From: Candidatus Kapaibacterium sp.
Lineage (GTDB): Bacteria > Bacteroidota > Ignavibacteria > Palsa-1295
Length of the DNA: 32,466 nt
Direction: 5' to 3'
NCBI GenBank assembly: GCA_025450975.1
Contig: JANWLI010000191.1
Coordinates: 1 to 32,466, forward strand
Made by a program: the position numbers and the translations under genes. The first letter of the stretch is position 1. Every line of letters begins with the position of its first letter. Under the pieces are notes generated by a model that did not search any database, had not been told where the DNA came from, and worked only from the letters and a program-made list of their open reading frames with translations. Shown here piece after piece: positions 17,938-25,077 of the stretch.

Positions 17938-18000
17938 GATCCCCGAACCCCCGACCCCCGCTACCGGACGCCCGAACCCCCGAACCCCCGACCCCCAGCC
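17938..18000. repeat. C-rich (reverse-orientation) copies of the gggggttcg repeat family, right flank of four-helix-bundle gene
   Basis: gatccccgaacccccgacccccgctaccggacgcccgaacccccgaacccccgacccccagcc. Confidence 0.8.
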
Positions 18001-18018
18001 TCCGTATTTTCGCAGTGC

Positions 18019-18969
18019 GTGACTAACACCACCATCGCCAAAGCTACCTTCCTGCTGCTTGCTGCAGCATGCCTGCTGCCATTCATGTCGCCGCCGATCG
18101 CGCTTGGCATTGGCATCGTCTTCGCTATCTTCGTCGGCAATCCGTATCCGAAGCAGACTGCCAAAGTCCAGAAGCTGCTGCTGCAGGCGTGCGTTGTCCT
18201 GCTGGGCTTTGGCATGGACCTTAACGCCGTCATCGAGGCGGGCCGCACCGGATTCGTCTTCACCGTCGCGACCATCGCCGGGACGCTCGTCCTGGGCTAC
18301 GTCGTCGGCAAGGCGATGGGGATCGGCACTTCGATCCGGCATCTGATCTCGAGCGGCACGGCGATCTGCGGCGGCTCGGCGATCGCTGCTGTCGGCTCGG
18401 CGATGAAGGCCGATAGCAACGCAATGTCGGTCGCGCTGGCGACGGTCTTCGTGCTCAATGCCGTCGCGCTCTTCATCTTCCCAATGCTTGGCGAAATGCT
18501 CGGGATGTCGCAGGAGCAGTTCGGCATCTGGTCGGCGATCGCCATTCATGACACAAGTTCGGTTGTCGGCGCAGCGTCTCGGTACGGGATGACGGCGCTG
18601 GCGATCGCGACGACGGTCAAGCTGGCCCGCGCGCTGTGGATCATACCGCTCGCGATCGGGACGGCCGTCGCCTTTCGGACCAAAGGCGCGAAGATCGCCA
18701 TTCCCTGGTTCATCTTCCTCTTCGTTCTGGCCGCCGTGATCCGGACGCTCATGATGCAGACGGATATGACGTGGGTGATCGTCGTCGAGTACTTCCCCTA
18801 CCTTATATCGGCAGCGCGGATCGGTCTCGTGCTGACCCTTTTCCTGATCGGCGCCGGCCTCTCAAAAGCCGCGCTCCGAGAAGTAGGCGCCAAGCCCCTG
18901 GTCTTCGGCGTGATCCTGTGGGTTGCGATCAGCGTCGTCTCGCTGGCAGTGGTGCTGCAGACGGTCTGA
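18019..18969 (+). CDS. YeiH/UPF0324-family integral membrane transporter (putative sulfate-exporter family)
   Basis: ~10 TM segments. The SSGTAICGGSAIAAV and IHDTSSVVGAA blocks are typical of the family. GTG start. Confidence 0.75.
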   Translation: MTNTTIAKATFLLLAAACLLPFMSPPIALGIGIVFAIFVGNPYPKQTAKVQKLLLQACVVLLGFGMDLNAVIEAGRTGFVFTVATIAGTLVLGYVVGKAMGIGTSIRHLISSGTAICGGSAIAAVGSAMKADSNAMSVALATVFVLNAVALFIFPMLGEMLGMSQEQFGIWSAIAIHDTSSVVGAASRYGMTALAIATTVKLARALWIIPLAIGTAVAFRTKGAKIAIPWFIFLFVLAAVIRTLMMQTDMTWVIVVEYFPYLISAARIGLVLTLFLIGAGLSKAALREVGAKPLVFGVILWVAISVVSLAVVLQTV

Positions 18970-18975
18970 GTCCCT

Positions 18976-18996
18976 TTTTAACTTTTGACTTTTGAC
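18976..18996. repeat. Heptamer array (ttttaac/ttttgac/ttttgac)
   Basis: Direct reading, immediately after the transporter stop codon. Confidence 0.75.
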
Positions 18997-19022
18997 TTCC
19001 CCACCAACTCCCACAAATCGCA

Positions 19023-19074
19023 AATTTCCCCCTGTAAGCCCTTGTAAATAAACGATATCAATTTACACACACAC
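19023..19074. repeat. Copy of a ~52-bp segment that also lies inside CDS 7599..8894 (8043-8095)
   Basis: Exact 15-mer aatttccccctgtaa (8043-8057 and 19023-19037) and exact 14-mer atttacacacacac (8082-8095 and 19061-19074), with spacings of 39 and 38 nt. Confidence 0.7.
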
Positions 19075-19082
19075 GCCGGGAG

Positions 19083-19110
19083 TTGATAGTTGTCAGTTGA
19101 TAGTTGATAG
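19083..19110. repeat. Heptamer array (gttgata/gttgtca/gttgata/gttgata)
   Basis: Direct reading. Reverse-complement family of the gactatc array at 13712-13743. Confidence 0.8.
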
Positions 19111-19462
19111 CGGGATGCGCTGGAGAGTCGGTAGTCGTTAGCGGAATTCCCCGGGACCTCCGGAAATTTACACGCGCGGTGGGAGAAAATCCCACGAATC
19201 CCAGTCCGTGCCCAGAAGAGAGCGCCCGTGAAAACCATATATCTGGAAGTTGAGAACATGCGCCTGGATCGGCAAAAATGTTAGAATCGGAGAGAACAAA
19301 GCATGGGGATATGCTGTATTCGGGAGTATAACAATTATTTTATATATAGGATTCGGGGGGAATGATGCAATATCAGACTTTGGAGCTAAGCTTTTAATTT
19401 AGGCTGGATATAACTATTGGGAGAGTTGGGATAGAAATTGTGTGGAATGTATAAAAATATCA

Positions 19463-19470
19463 TATTTTTG
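19463..19470 (+). promoter_or_regulatory. Candidate Bacteroidota-type -7 promoter box (TATTTTTG = TAnnTTTG)
   Basis: Motif match 21 nt upstream of the dcm ATG. Only meaningful if the host uses FCB-type sigma-A promoters. Confidence 0.3.
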
Positions 19471-19491
19471 TAAAAGGAAATATCCGCTCAG

Positions 19492-20586
19492 ATGACTAAG
19501 AACCCCAAAAACATTGCTTTTGATGATTTTGCCGTAGTAGATTTATTTTGCGGGATTGGTGGACTCACCCATGGTTTTATAAAGGAAAATTTTATAGTTG
19601 ATGCCGGAATTGATTTCGATCAATCATGCAAATACGCATATGAAAAAAATAACGATACAAAATTCATATACAACGATATTACCCAACTCTCTCTAAGAAA
19701 GTTAACTTCCTTATATACTAAGGGTAAGAAAAAAATTCTTATCGGCTGTGCGCCTTGTCAACCATTTTCTAAATATAATCATACTGAAAAAAAGAGTAAA
19801 CATATTGAAAAATCTAAATGGAAGTTACTCTACTCATTTTCCGCATTAATCCAAAAGCTGCAACCAAAGATTATTTCTATGGAGAATGTCCCACAACTTG
19901 TTAATTTTAATAATGGAAAAATCTTTAATGACTTTATAAGTAAGCTGCGGCGAAGTGGTTATCATATTAGTTGGTCAATTGTAAACGCACAAGATTATGG
20001 GGTTCCTCAACGACGCAAACGGTTGATTCTATTCGGATCTAAATATGGAGAAATAAAACTAATCGATAAAACTGTAACCGAAAAAAAATATAAGACAGTT
20101 AGAATGGCGATAGGCCATCTCCCACCTGTTGAAGACGGCATCGTTCTTTCAGATGATCCCTTACATAGAGCACGAAAGTTAACAGAGTTAAACAAGAAAC
20201 GAATTCAAGCAACCAAAGAGGGGGGATTCTGGCGCGACTGGGACAAAGACCTCTGGCTAGACTGCCATAAGAACGATATCGGGAAAGAATATAGAAGCGT
20301 TTATGGAAGAATGAATTGGGACGATGTTGCTCCTACTATGACGACTTATTGTGTAGGACTAAGCAATGGACGATTTGGCCACCCTGAGCAAGATAGGGCG
20401 ATTTCACTGAGGGAAGCTGCATTACTACAAAGTTTTCCAGAATCATATGATTTAATCGATCCAGAAGCAACATTCTCTTCTCCTAAAATTGCAAGACACA
20501 TTGGGAATGCGGTTCCAGTGGAACTGGGTATAGTCATTGCCAAAACAATAAAAAAACATATCAACGAAGTTGGAAGAATTAGATAA
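19492..20586 (+). CDS. dcm: DNA (cytosine-5)-methyltransferase
   Basis: Motif I DLFCGIGG, motif IV GCAPCQPFS, motif VI ENV, motif VIII QRRKR, motif X GNAVP. Confidence 0.92.
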   Translation: MTKNPKNIAFDDFAVVDLFCGIGGLTHGFIKENFIVDAGIDFDQSCKYAYEKNNDTKFIYNDITQLSLRKLTSLYTKGKKKILIGCAPCQPFSKYNHTEKKSKHIEKSKWKLLYSFSALIQKLQPKIISMENVPQLVNFNNGKIFNDFISKLRRSGYHISWSIVNAQDYGVPQRRKRLILFGSKYGEIKLIDKTVTEKKYKTVRMAIGHLPPVEDGIVLSDDPLHRARKLTELNKKRIQATKEGGFWRDWDKDLWLDCHKNDIGKEYRSVYGRMNWDDVAPTMTTYCVGLSNGRFGHPEQDRAISLREAALLQSFPESYDLIDPEATFSSPKIARHIGNAVPVELGIVIAKTIKKHINEVGRIR

Positions 20587-22738
20587 TAAGCTTCGCTGGC
20601 GATTTGACGTTAATACTTTCCGACTGCTGGGAAGAGAGCTAATTACCGATCGCATAACAGCAGTTTTCGAATTGGTTAAAAACTGCTATGATGCAAACAG
20701 CACAGAAGTAGACGTCATGTTTTTTGGTGTTGCCCCGGTTGACACTAAAAGCAAGCTAAATACAAATGGGAATGTGTCTTCAATCATAACAAAACCACTC
20801 GATGGAAAGGTGATAATTAAAGACAATGGCATAGGTATGTCATTTGAGGACATCCGTGACAAATGGATGGTAGTTGGCACAAATAGTAAGCGCGTTCAAT
20901 TGTTCTCAGATGAACCTTTCAAGAGACGGTTTGTAGGAGAAAAAGGGATAGGTCGATTTGCTGTCGATAAGTTAGGTGCTCAAGTAAAAATCATAACAAA
21001 GAAGGCTGGCGATGTTAGCTGGTTAAATGTTGAAATAAATTGGGAGGAGTATGAGAGCAAAGCATCGCAAGAGCAGTTAATCTTATTTACGGATATTGAG
21101 AACAAATACTATTATACTGACGCCTCAGTAGATGAGCAGGGGACAATTCTTGAAATTACTAAAATAAACGATTATTGGACAAAGCTTGATATTGACAGGC
21201 TTTTTAAAGAATTAGCTAAAGTTGTTTCTCCTTTTTTTGCTTCAGTCAACCCATTTAATATTTATCTAACTTGCAGTGACTTCCCAGACTATGTAAAAAA
21301 GAAGCACGTAAAAGCCGATGAAACCAAATATTCGTCCCATAAGGCAACTATAGATTTCGACCTTAATGCTGGGTCACAAGAACAATTAGTATTTGACGAA
21401 AAGGGCGGTCAAATCAACACTGAGAAAATTCCGATAAAATCGTTTGGCCCTGTAAAAATGCTACTCTACTACTTCAACAATGAAGCAAAAAAACGGTATA
21501 ATCGGGCATATAAGAACGACGACTCTAGAATAGATGGAATTAAGATTTATCGGAATGGAATAATCACCACTCCATTTGCAGAATTTGAGGCGCATCCAGA
21601 TAAAAAACGAGATATCTTAGGTATTGATAAGAGATTATGGAGAGATATTTTTAATAAAGTCAGTAGTCGCGAAGTTATCGGCATAGTTGAGATAACAAAA
21701 GAAAACAACCCTCAGATTATTGATGCGACGAATAGACAAGACTTTGTTGATACGCTGGAATTCAGAGATCTAAAAGTTTTTATAATTCAGCAACTTGATG
21801 TTCTTGCCAAGTTAAAACAATATGAAAGGAGCAAGACAAAGGCGCAGCGACAAACTGCTCTGGAGAAAGCTGGGGCCGACATTAAGTCTTTCAAAGATGT
21901 TATTGAAAATATTGAAAGTCAAAATCCTGTTCTTAAGGAGTATTTAGAGCCGCTTAAAGAGCAAGCAATTCAAATTGGGAGAACAGTTTCAAAGGGAATT
22001 CAAGAGCAAAAAAAAGAGCGCGAAGAATTCACTCGGAAAGAGAATATTTATTTTTCATTGATGTCCTTGCAGGACTATGCAATACGGATATCACATGCAG
22101 TTCGAACCTCACTGGGCAAAATTAAAAGAATGGCCGAGTACTTCAAGGACCATTTCCCAGATGAAAACTTAACTGATGATTTCAAGGAATACTCGCTGCT
22201 TATCTATGAAGAGATGAATACTTTAAGCAGAGTCATCGATTTTATGCTAAGCTATGCAGCTTCTAATGCTGATTTCGTCGACTTCAGCGTAAAAGAGTTA
22301 ATTTTGAACCTTCTCACCGTATCCTATAAACAGACCTTTAAAGATGAAGGCATAACGCTAACAATTGACATTAAGGATAATTTTATAGTTAACGCCAATA
22401 AAAAATTTTTTGAAGACATAATACAGAATCTCGTTTCGAATTCCATAAAAGCTCTCCAAAAAATGCCGAATAAGCATATAAAGTGCACGGGATATATTGA
22501 GGACAAGCAATTTGTTTTCTTTTTTTCTGACAATGGCGTAGGAATAAAGAGAGGCGAAGAAGATAAAGTTTTTGAGATCTACTACACAACGACAGCAGAA
22601 GAAGGTGGTGCTGGTCTTGGGTTATTTATTGTAAAGACCAGGATTGAAGCTTTGAAAGGCACGGTCGAGATTGTTCAACCTGAATTCAATCCGAGCGGTG
22701 CGACGATTAAAATCACATTGCCATTTAGGGAGGGGTAG
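20570..22738 (+). CDS. Fusion protein: N-terminal MORC/HATPase_c_3-like GHKL ATPase + coiled coil + complete histidine-kinase core (DHp + CA)
   Basis: N-terminal module: ELVKNCYDA, DNGIGMS, GEKGIGRFA, then GIKIYRNGI (S5-like region). C-terminal module: H-box ISHAVRTSL (His509, nt 22094-22096), NLVSNSIKA, DNGVGI, GGAGLGLFIVK. The TTG start overlaps dcm by 17 nt; there is no in-frame ATG before the first N-box. Confidence 0.7.
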   Translation: MEELDNKLRWRFDVNTFRLLGRELITDRITAVFELVKNCYDANSTEVDVMFFGVAPVDTKSKLNTNGNVSSIITKPLDGKVIIKDNGIGMSFEDIRDKWMVVGTNSKRVQLFSDEPFKRRFVGEKGIGRFAVDKLGAQVKIITKKAGDVSWLNVEINWEEYESKASQEQLILFTDIENKYYYTDASVDEQGTILEITKINDYWTKLDIDRLFKELAKVVSPFFASVNPFNIYLTCSDFPDYVKKKHVKADETKYSSHKATIDFDLNAGSQEQLVFDEKGGQINTEKIPIKSFGPVKMLLYYFNNEAKKRYNRAYKNDDSRIDGIKIYRNGIITTPFAEFEAHPDKKRDILGIDKRLWRDIFNKVSSREVIGIVEITKENNPQIIDATNRQDFVDTLEFRDLKVFIIQQLDVLAKLKQYERSKTKAQRQTALEKAGADIKSFKDVIENIESQNPVLKEYLEPLKEQAIQIGRTVSKGIQEQKKEREEFTRKENIYFSLMSLQDYAIRISHAVRTSLGKIKRMAEYFKDHFPDENLTDDFKEYSLLIYEEMNTLSRVIDFMLSYAASNADFVDFSVKELILNLLTVSYKQTFKDEGITLTIDIKDNFIVNANKKFFEDIIQNLVSNSIKALQKMPNKHIKCTGYIEDKQFVFFFSDNGVGIKRGEEDKVFEIYYTTTAEEGGAGLGLFIVKTRIEALKGTVEIVQPEFNPSGATIKITLPFREG

Positions 22739-22739
22739 G

Positions 22740-23360
22740 ATGCCGATTTCTAGCATAAAAACTGTTATAATTCATGATAATTTATCTCCACGCGATCCCC
22801 TGATCGTTGAACTTCAAAAAATATACGGCAAAAATAATGTTATTTTTTTTAAGGATGCTCAAGAAGGCTTAACCTATCTAAATGAACATATTACTGAAAA
22901 ATTAATAGTATTATTAGACCTAAATTTTGAGTCGTCGAACCCTCTCACAGGCGGAAAACTTTTTGAAGAAATTCGGAAAAAAACCTCATTAATTTACGTG
23001 ATTATATGGACTGCAGCAGACTTAAGTTCTGTCGACAAAGAAGACCTTGTTAGTTTTATAAATAACGATGCTCTTGCATTTGCATATGCAACTGCGGACA
23101 CCGCGGAAATCATCAATCTTATCAATAAGGCATCTCATCAACTCTCAACCAGAATTGACGCCCTACTTGAAGATCTGATTGCCCACCAACCTAATAATAC
23201 GAAGGACACTCCAACCTTCATGACAAAGGATGGGAAACAATATACCTTAAATGAAATAGCAGATAGCATACGCCATCAGGATGAGCTGGGCAAAATGATA
23301 GAAGCGAGCATCTTAAATTTAGCTATCGACTTATTAATACGACATGAGAAGCCGATCTGA
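22740..23360 (+). CDS. Receiver (REC)-like domain protein with uncharacterised C-terminal half
   Basis: The ATG at 22740 lies 1 nt after the upstream stop. It aligns by eye to CheY: VIIHDN (beta1), LIVLLDLNF (Asp60, nt 22917-22919), YVIIWTA (beta4 Thr). The conserved beta5 Lys is not evident. Confidence 0.45.
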   Translation: MPISSIKTVIIHDNLSPRDPLIVELQKIYGKNNVIFFKDAQEGLTYLNEHITEKLIVLLDLNFESSNPLTGGKLFEEIRKKTSLIYVIIWTAADLSSVDKEDLVSFINNDALAFAYATADTAEIINLINKASHQLSTRIDALLEDLIAHQPNNTKDTPTFMTKDGKQYTLNEIADSIRHQDELGKMIEASILNLAIDLLIRHEKPI

Positions 23361-23980
23361 TGGTACATGTAATTGTTGCTTATGATGAGATTGCATCGAA
23401 AGGAGGCTCTTATTTCCAAGAGAGTTTTGACTACATTGCCGGTAAACTTAACGCCCTCTCCGCCGTAACTGTAAGACCTCTACCGAATGCAAGATGCACC
23501 AAGCAGAGCATTAAGTCTGAAATTGAATCCTTAGAGAAATTTATTTTTGTCGGGATCTCTCACGGCCATGAAACCCTTCTTAAGGCGAACTCTATCTACG
23601 TTGAGTCAAGTGACCTTGCACTATTTGAAGGTTCTTTTTTTTATACAGCCGCCTGTTTGACAGGAAGAATTTTAGGACCCGCCTTGATTGCACATGGATG
23701 CGTCGCCTACATAGGCTATACTGTTGATGTAGATGTATGGCTTTCGCACTCCTCTACCTTTGCTGACTGTGAGAATTACGCGCTCTGCGAGTTTATCACA
23801 TCTGACAAAACTGTTAGAACAGTTTTTGATGAAGCCGTTACCAGATACAACACTGAAATTAATCGACTTCTAAATGGGAATTTCCTTGATGTAATTGCCG
23901 CATCATTTCTTCGATCGAACCGAAATGGCCTTTTAATTATTGGTAACGAGAGATCTACTGTTCATGATTTTGACTGCTAG
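23360..23980 (+). CDS. Hypothetical protein with caspase/clan-CD-like His-Gly ... Ala-Cys pair (possible protease effector)
   Basis: FIFVGISHGHE (His68, nt 23561-23563) and FFYTAACLTG (Cys99, nt 23654-23656), each following a hydrophobic beta-strand-like stretch. Start overlaps the upstream stop (TGATG). Confidence 0.35.
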   Translation: MVHVIVAYDEIASKGGSYFQESFDYIAGKLNALSAVTVRPLPNARCTKQSIKSEIESLEKFIFVGISHGHETLLKANSIYVESSDLALFEGSFFYTAACLTGRILGPALIAHGCVAYIGYTVDVDVWLSHSSTFADCENYALCEFITSDKTVRTVFDEAVTRYNTEINRLLNGNFLDVIAASFLRSNRNGLLIIGNERSTVHDFDC

Positions 23981-24402
23981 TGTCTGACATCTTTAGCAAT
24001 GAGAAAAGAAGCCAAATCATGGCTTCGGTAAAGTCTATTAATACTCGTCCTGAGATTGTAGTTAGGAAATACCTATTTGCTTGTGGTTTTAGATATCGCA
24101 TTAATCACCCCAAATTACCTGGTAAACCTGACATTGTGCTTCCTAAATATAAAACTGTAGTTTTTATTCATGGATGCTTTTGGCACGGGCATCGAGAGTG
24201 TGAAGCTTCTCAATTGCCTAAAACTAGGTTAGACTACTGGTCAAAAAAAATAGAAAGTAATTCTCTCAGAGATAAAAAAAATGTTTCGAGTTTAAGAATA
24301 CAGGGCTGGCAGGTTATCATCGTTTGGACATGCCAACTATCAAATAAGTCAAAGAAAGAAAAAGCGCTCACAAAACTAGTTCGAATGATATCGAAACCAT
24401 AA
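23980..24402 (+). CDS. vsr: Very short patch repair endonuclease
   Basis: KRSQIMASVKSINTRPE, RKYL...GFRYR, GKPDIV, FIHGCFWHGH. 140 aa. GTG start overlaps the upstream stop (TAGTG). Confidence 0.9.
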   Translation: MSDIFSNEKRSQIMASVKSINTRPEIVVRKYLFACGFRYRINHPKLPGKPDIVLPKYKTVVFIHGCFWHGHRECEASQLPKTRLDYWSKKIESNSLRDKKNVSSLRIQGWQVIIVWTCQLSNKSKKEKALTKLVRMISKP

Positions 24403-24551
24403 ACATTACGTCCTGTATCTTTGATTATCCTTGTCTTGCAGTCTCACTTCTGGGCTTACCTTGTTGCGTTCCTTGGTAGTTGTCAGCGGCCCGCGAACAC
24501 GCGTGGCGTGTCCCTACGGGGTGCACTTCGCGCGTATCCTCGCGCTTGTAC

Positions 24552-25019
24552 TTACTTCTTCACTGCGCTTTTGAGGGTGTCGGCTTCGAAGATTGCTTCT
24601 TCTATTAATTTGCCTTGTTCGTCGAAGCGTTGGGCGGTGCCTTGGCGGTAGCCGTAGCTGTAGTGGATCGTCTGCGCGAGCTGGCCGTTCTCGTGATACC
24701 ATTTCTGCGTGCCGTGCTGGGCCGAGCATTCAAATGCGTACGCTTCCTCGACGTTGCCGTTCTCGTAGTAGAAGAGGCTCCGCACGAGGCGTCCGTTGGT
24801 GAACGTGTGTTTGAAATCGAGTTTTGTCGTGTCGTCGCCCCAATAGTTTTTTAGTTCGCCGGTGTACCCGGGCGCAACGCCACTCTCGGTTACGAGCGCG
24901 TTCTCGAATTTCAGTGCGATCGCACAGCTATCGAGCGGCGCAGCGACCTGCGCGTCCGGCTGCGACTTCGTGCAGGAGACGAGCAGCAGCGCGATGAGAA
25001 TGAGGGAGATGGGTGTCAT
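24552..25019 (-). CDS. MORN-variant repeat lipoprotein (YwqK-like)
   Basis: The internal ATG at 25019 gives MTPISLILIALLLVSCTK (lipobox). Repeats of the form G....Y.ENG....... (FYYENGNVEE, WYHENGQLAQ, FDEQGKLIEE). Confidence 0.6.
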   Translation of the reverse strand: MTPISLILIALLLVSCTKSQPDAQVAAPLDSCAIALKFENALVTESGVAPGYTGELKNYWGDDTTKLDFKHTFTNGRLVRSLFYYENGNVEEAYAFECSAQHGTQKWYHENGQLAQTIHYSYGYRQGTAQRFDEQGKLIEEAIFEADTLKSAVKK

Positions 25020-25045
25020 GTTGGCCAAAGGCCAAATTAAAAATT

Positions 25046-25053
25046 CAAAATTA
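25046..25053 (-). promoter_or_regulatory. Candidate -7 box (minus strand TAATTTTG)
   Basis: TAnnTTTG match 27 nt upstream of the ATG at 25019, in a very AT-rich 58-nt spacer. Confidence 0.25.
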
Positions 25054-25077
25054 GAAATTAAAAAAGGGGAATGTCCT

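Larger units (their letters stand above)
19260..24480. other. AT-rich genomic island 2 (approximate borders) carrying the dcm...vsr operon
   Basis: Abrupt compositional change near 19.26 kb and 24.48 kb. Five co-oriented overlapping genes. No integrase, transposase or tRNA seen. Confidence 0.6.

Noticed and set aside
18978-19259. 93-aa minus-strand ORF left of island 2.
   Set aside because: Large parts are just translations of tandem repeats (YQLSTDNYQL from gttgata units, KSKVKS from ttttgac units). Only a ~17-aa stretch resembles the 431-aa protein, and a 1-nt indel separates the two matching DNA blocks. It is treated as a fragment/repeat, not a gene.
22671-22739. N-terminal extensions proposed by the ORF track: 22671 for the REC-like gene, 25088 for the MORN gene, 28860 for the large protein, 27194, 16212, 5836, 9445 and 278.
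   Set aside because: In each case a downstream ATG gives a proper signal peptide or domain start and removes an overlap with the neighbouring gene. The extension at 278 is instead too short, because that frame is open to the window edge.
20570-23980. Searched the three middle island-2 proteins for restriction-endonuclease signatures (PD-(D/E)xK, HNH, GIY-YIG, PLD HxK).
   Set aside because: No convincing match by eye. REase motifs are notoriously degenerate, so this negative result is weak and needs structure-based checking.
19087-24486. 10-bp direct repeat tagttgtcag at 19087-19096 and 24477-24486, bracketing island 2, as a possible target-site duplication/att.
   Set aside because: The left copy is simply part of the gttgata/gttgtca heptamer array and lies ~170 nt outside the compositional border. 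A 10-mer match across these search windows is not clearly beyond chance. It may be worth re-checking against an empty site in a relative.
24421-24651. 76-aa TTG-start ORF at the right edge of island 2.
   Set aside because: It overlaps the 3' end of the MORN-like gene on the opposite strand, has no motif, and spans the composition shift.
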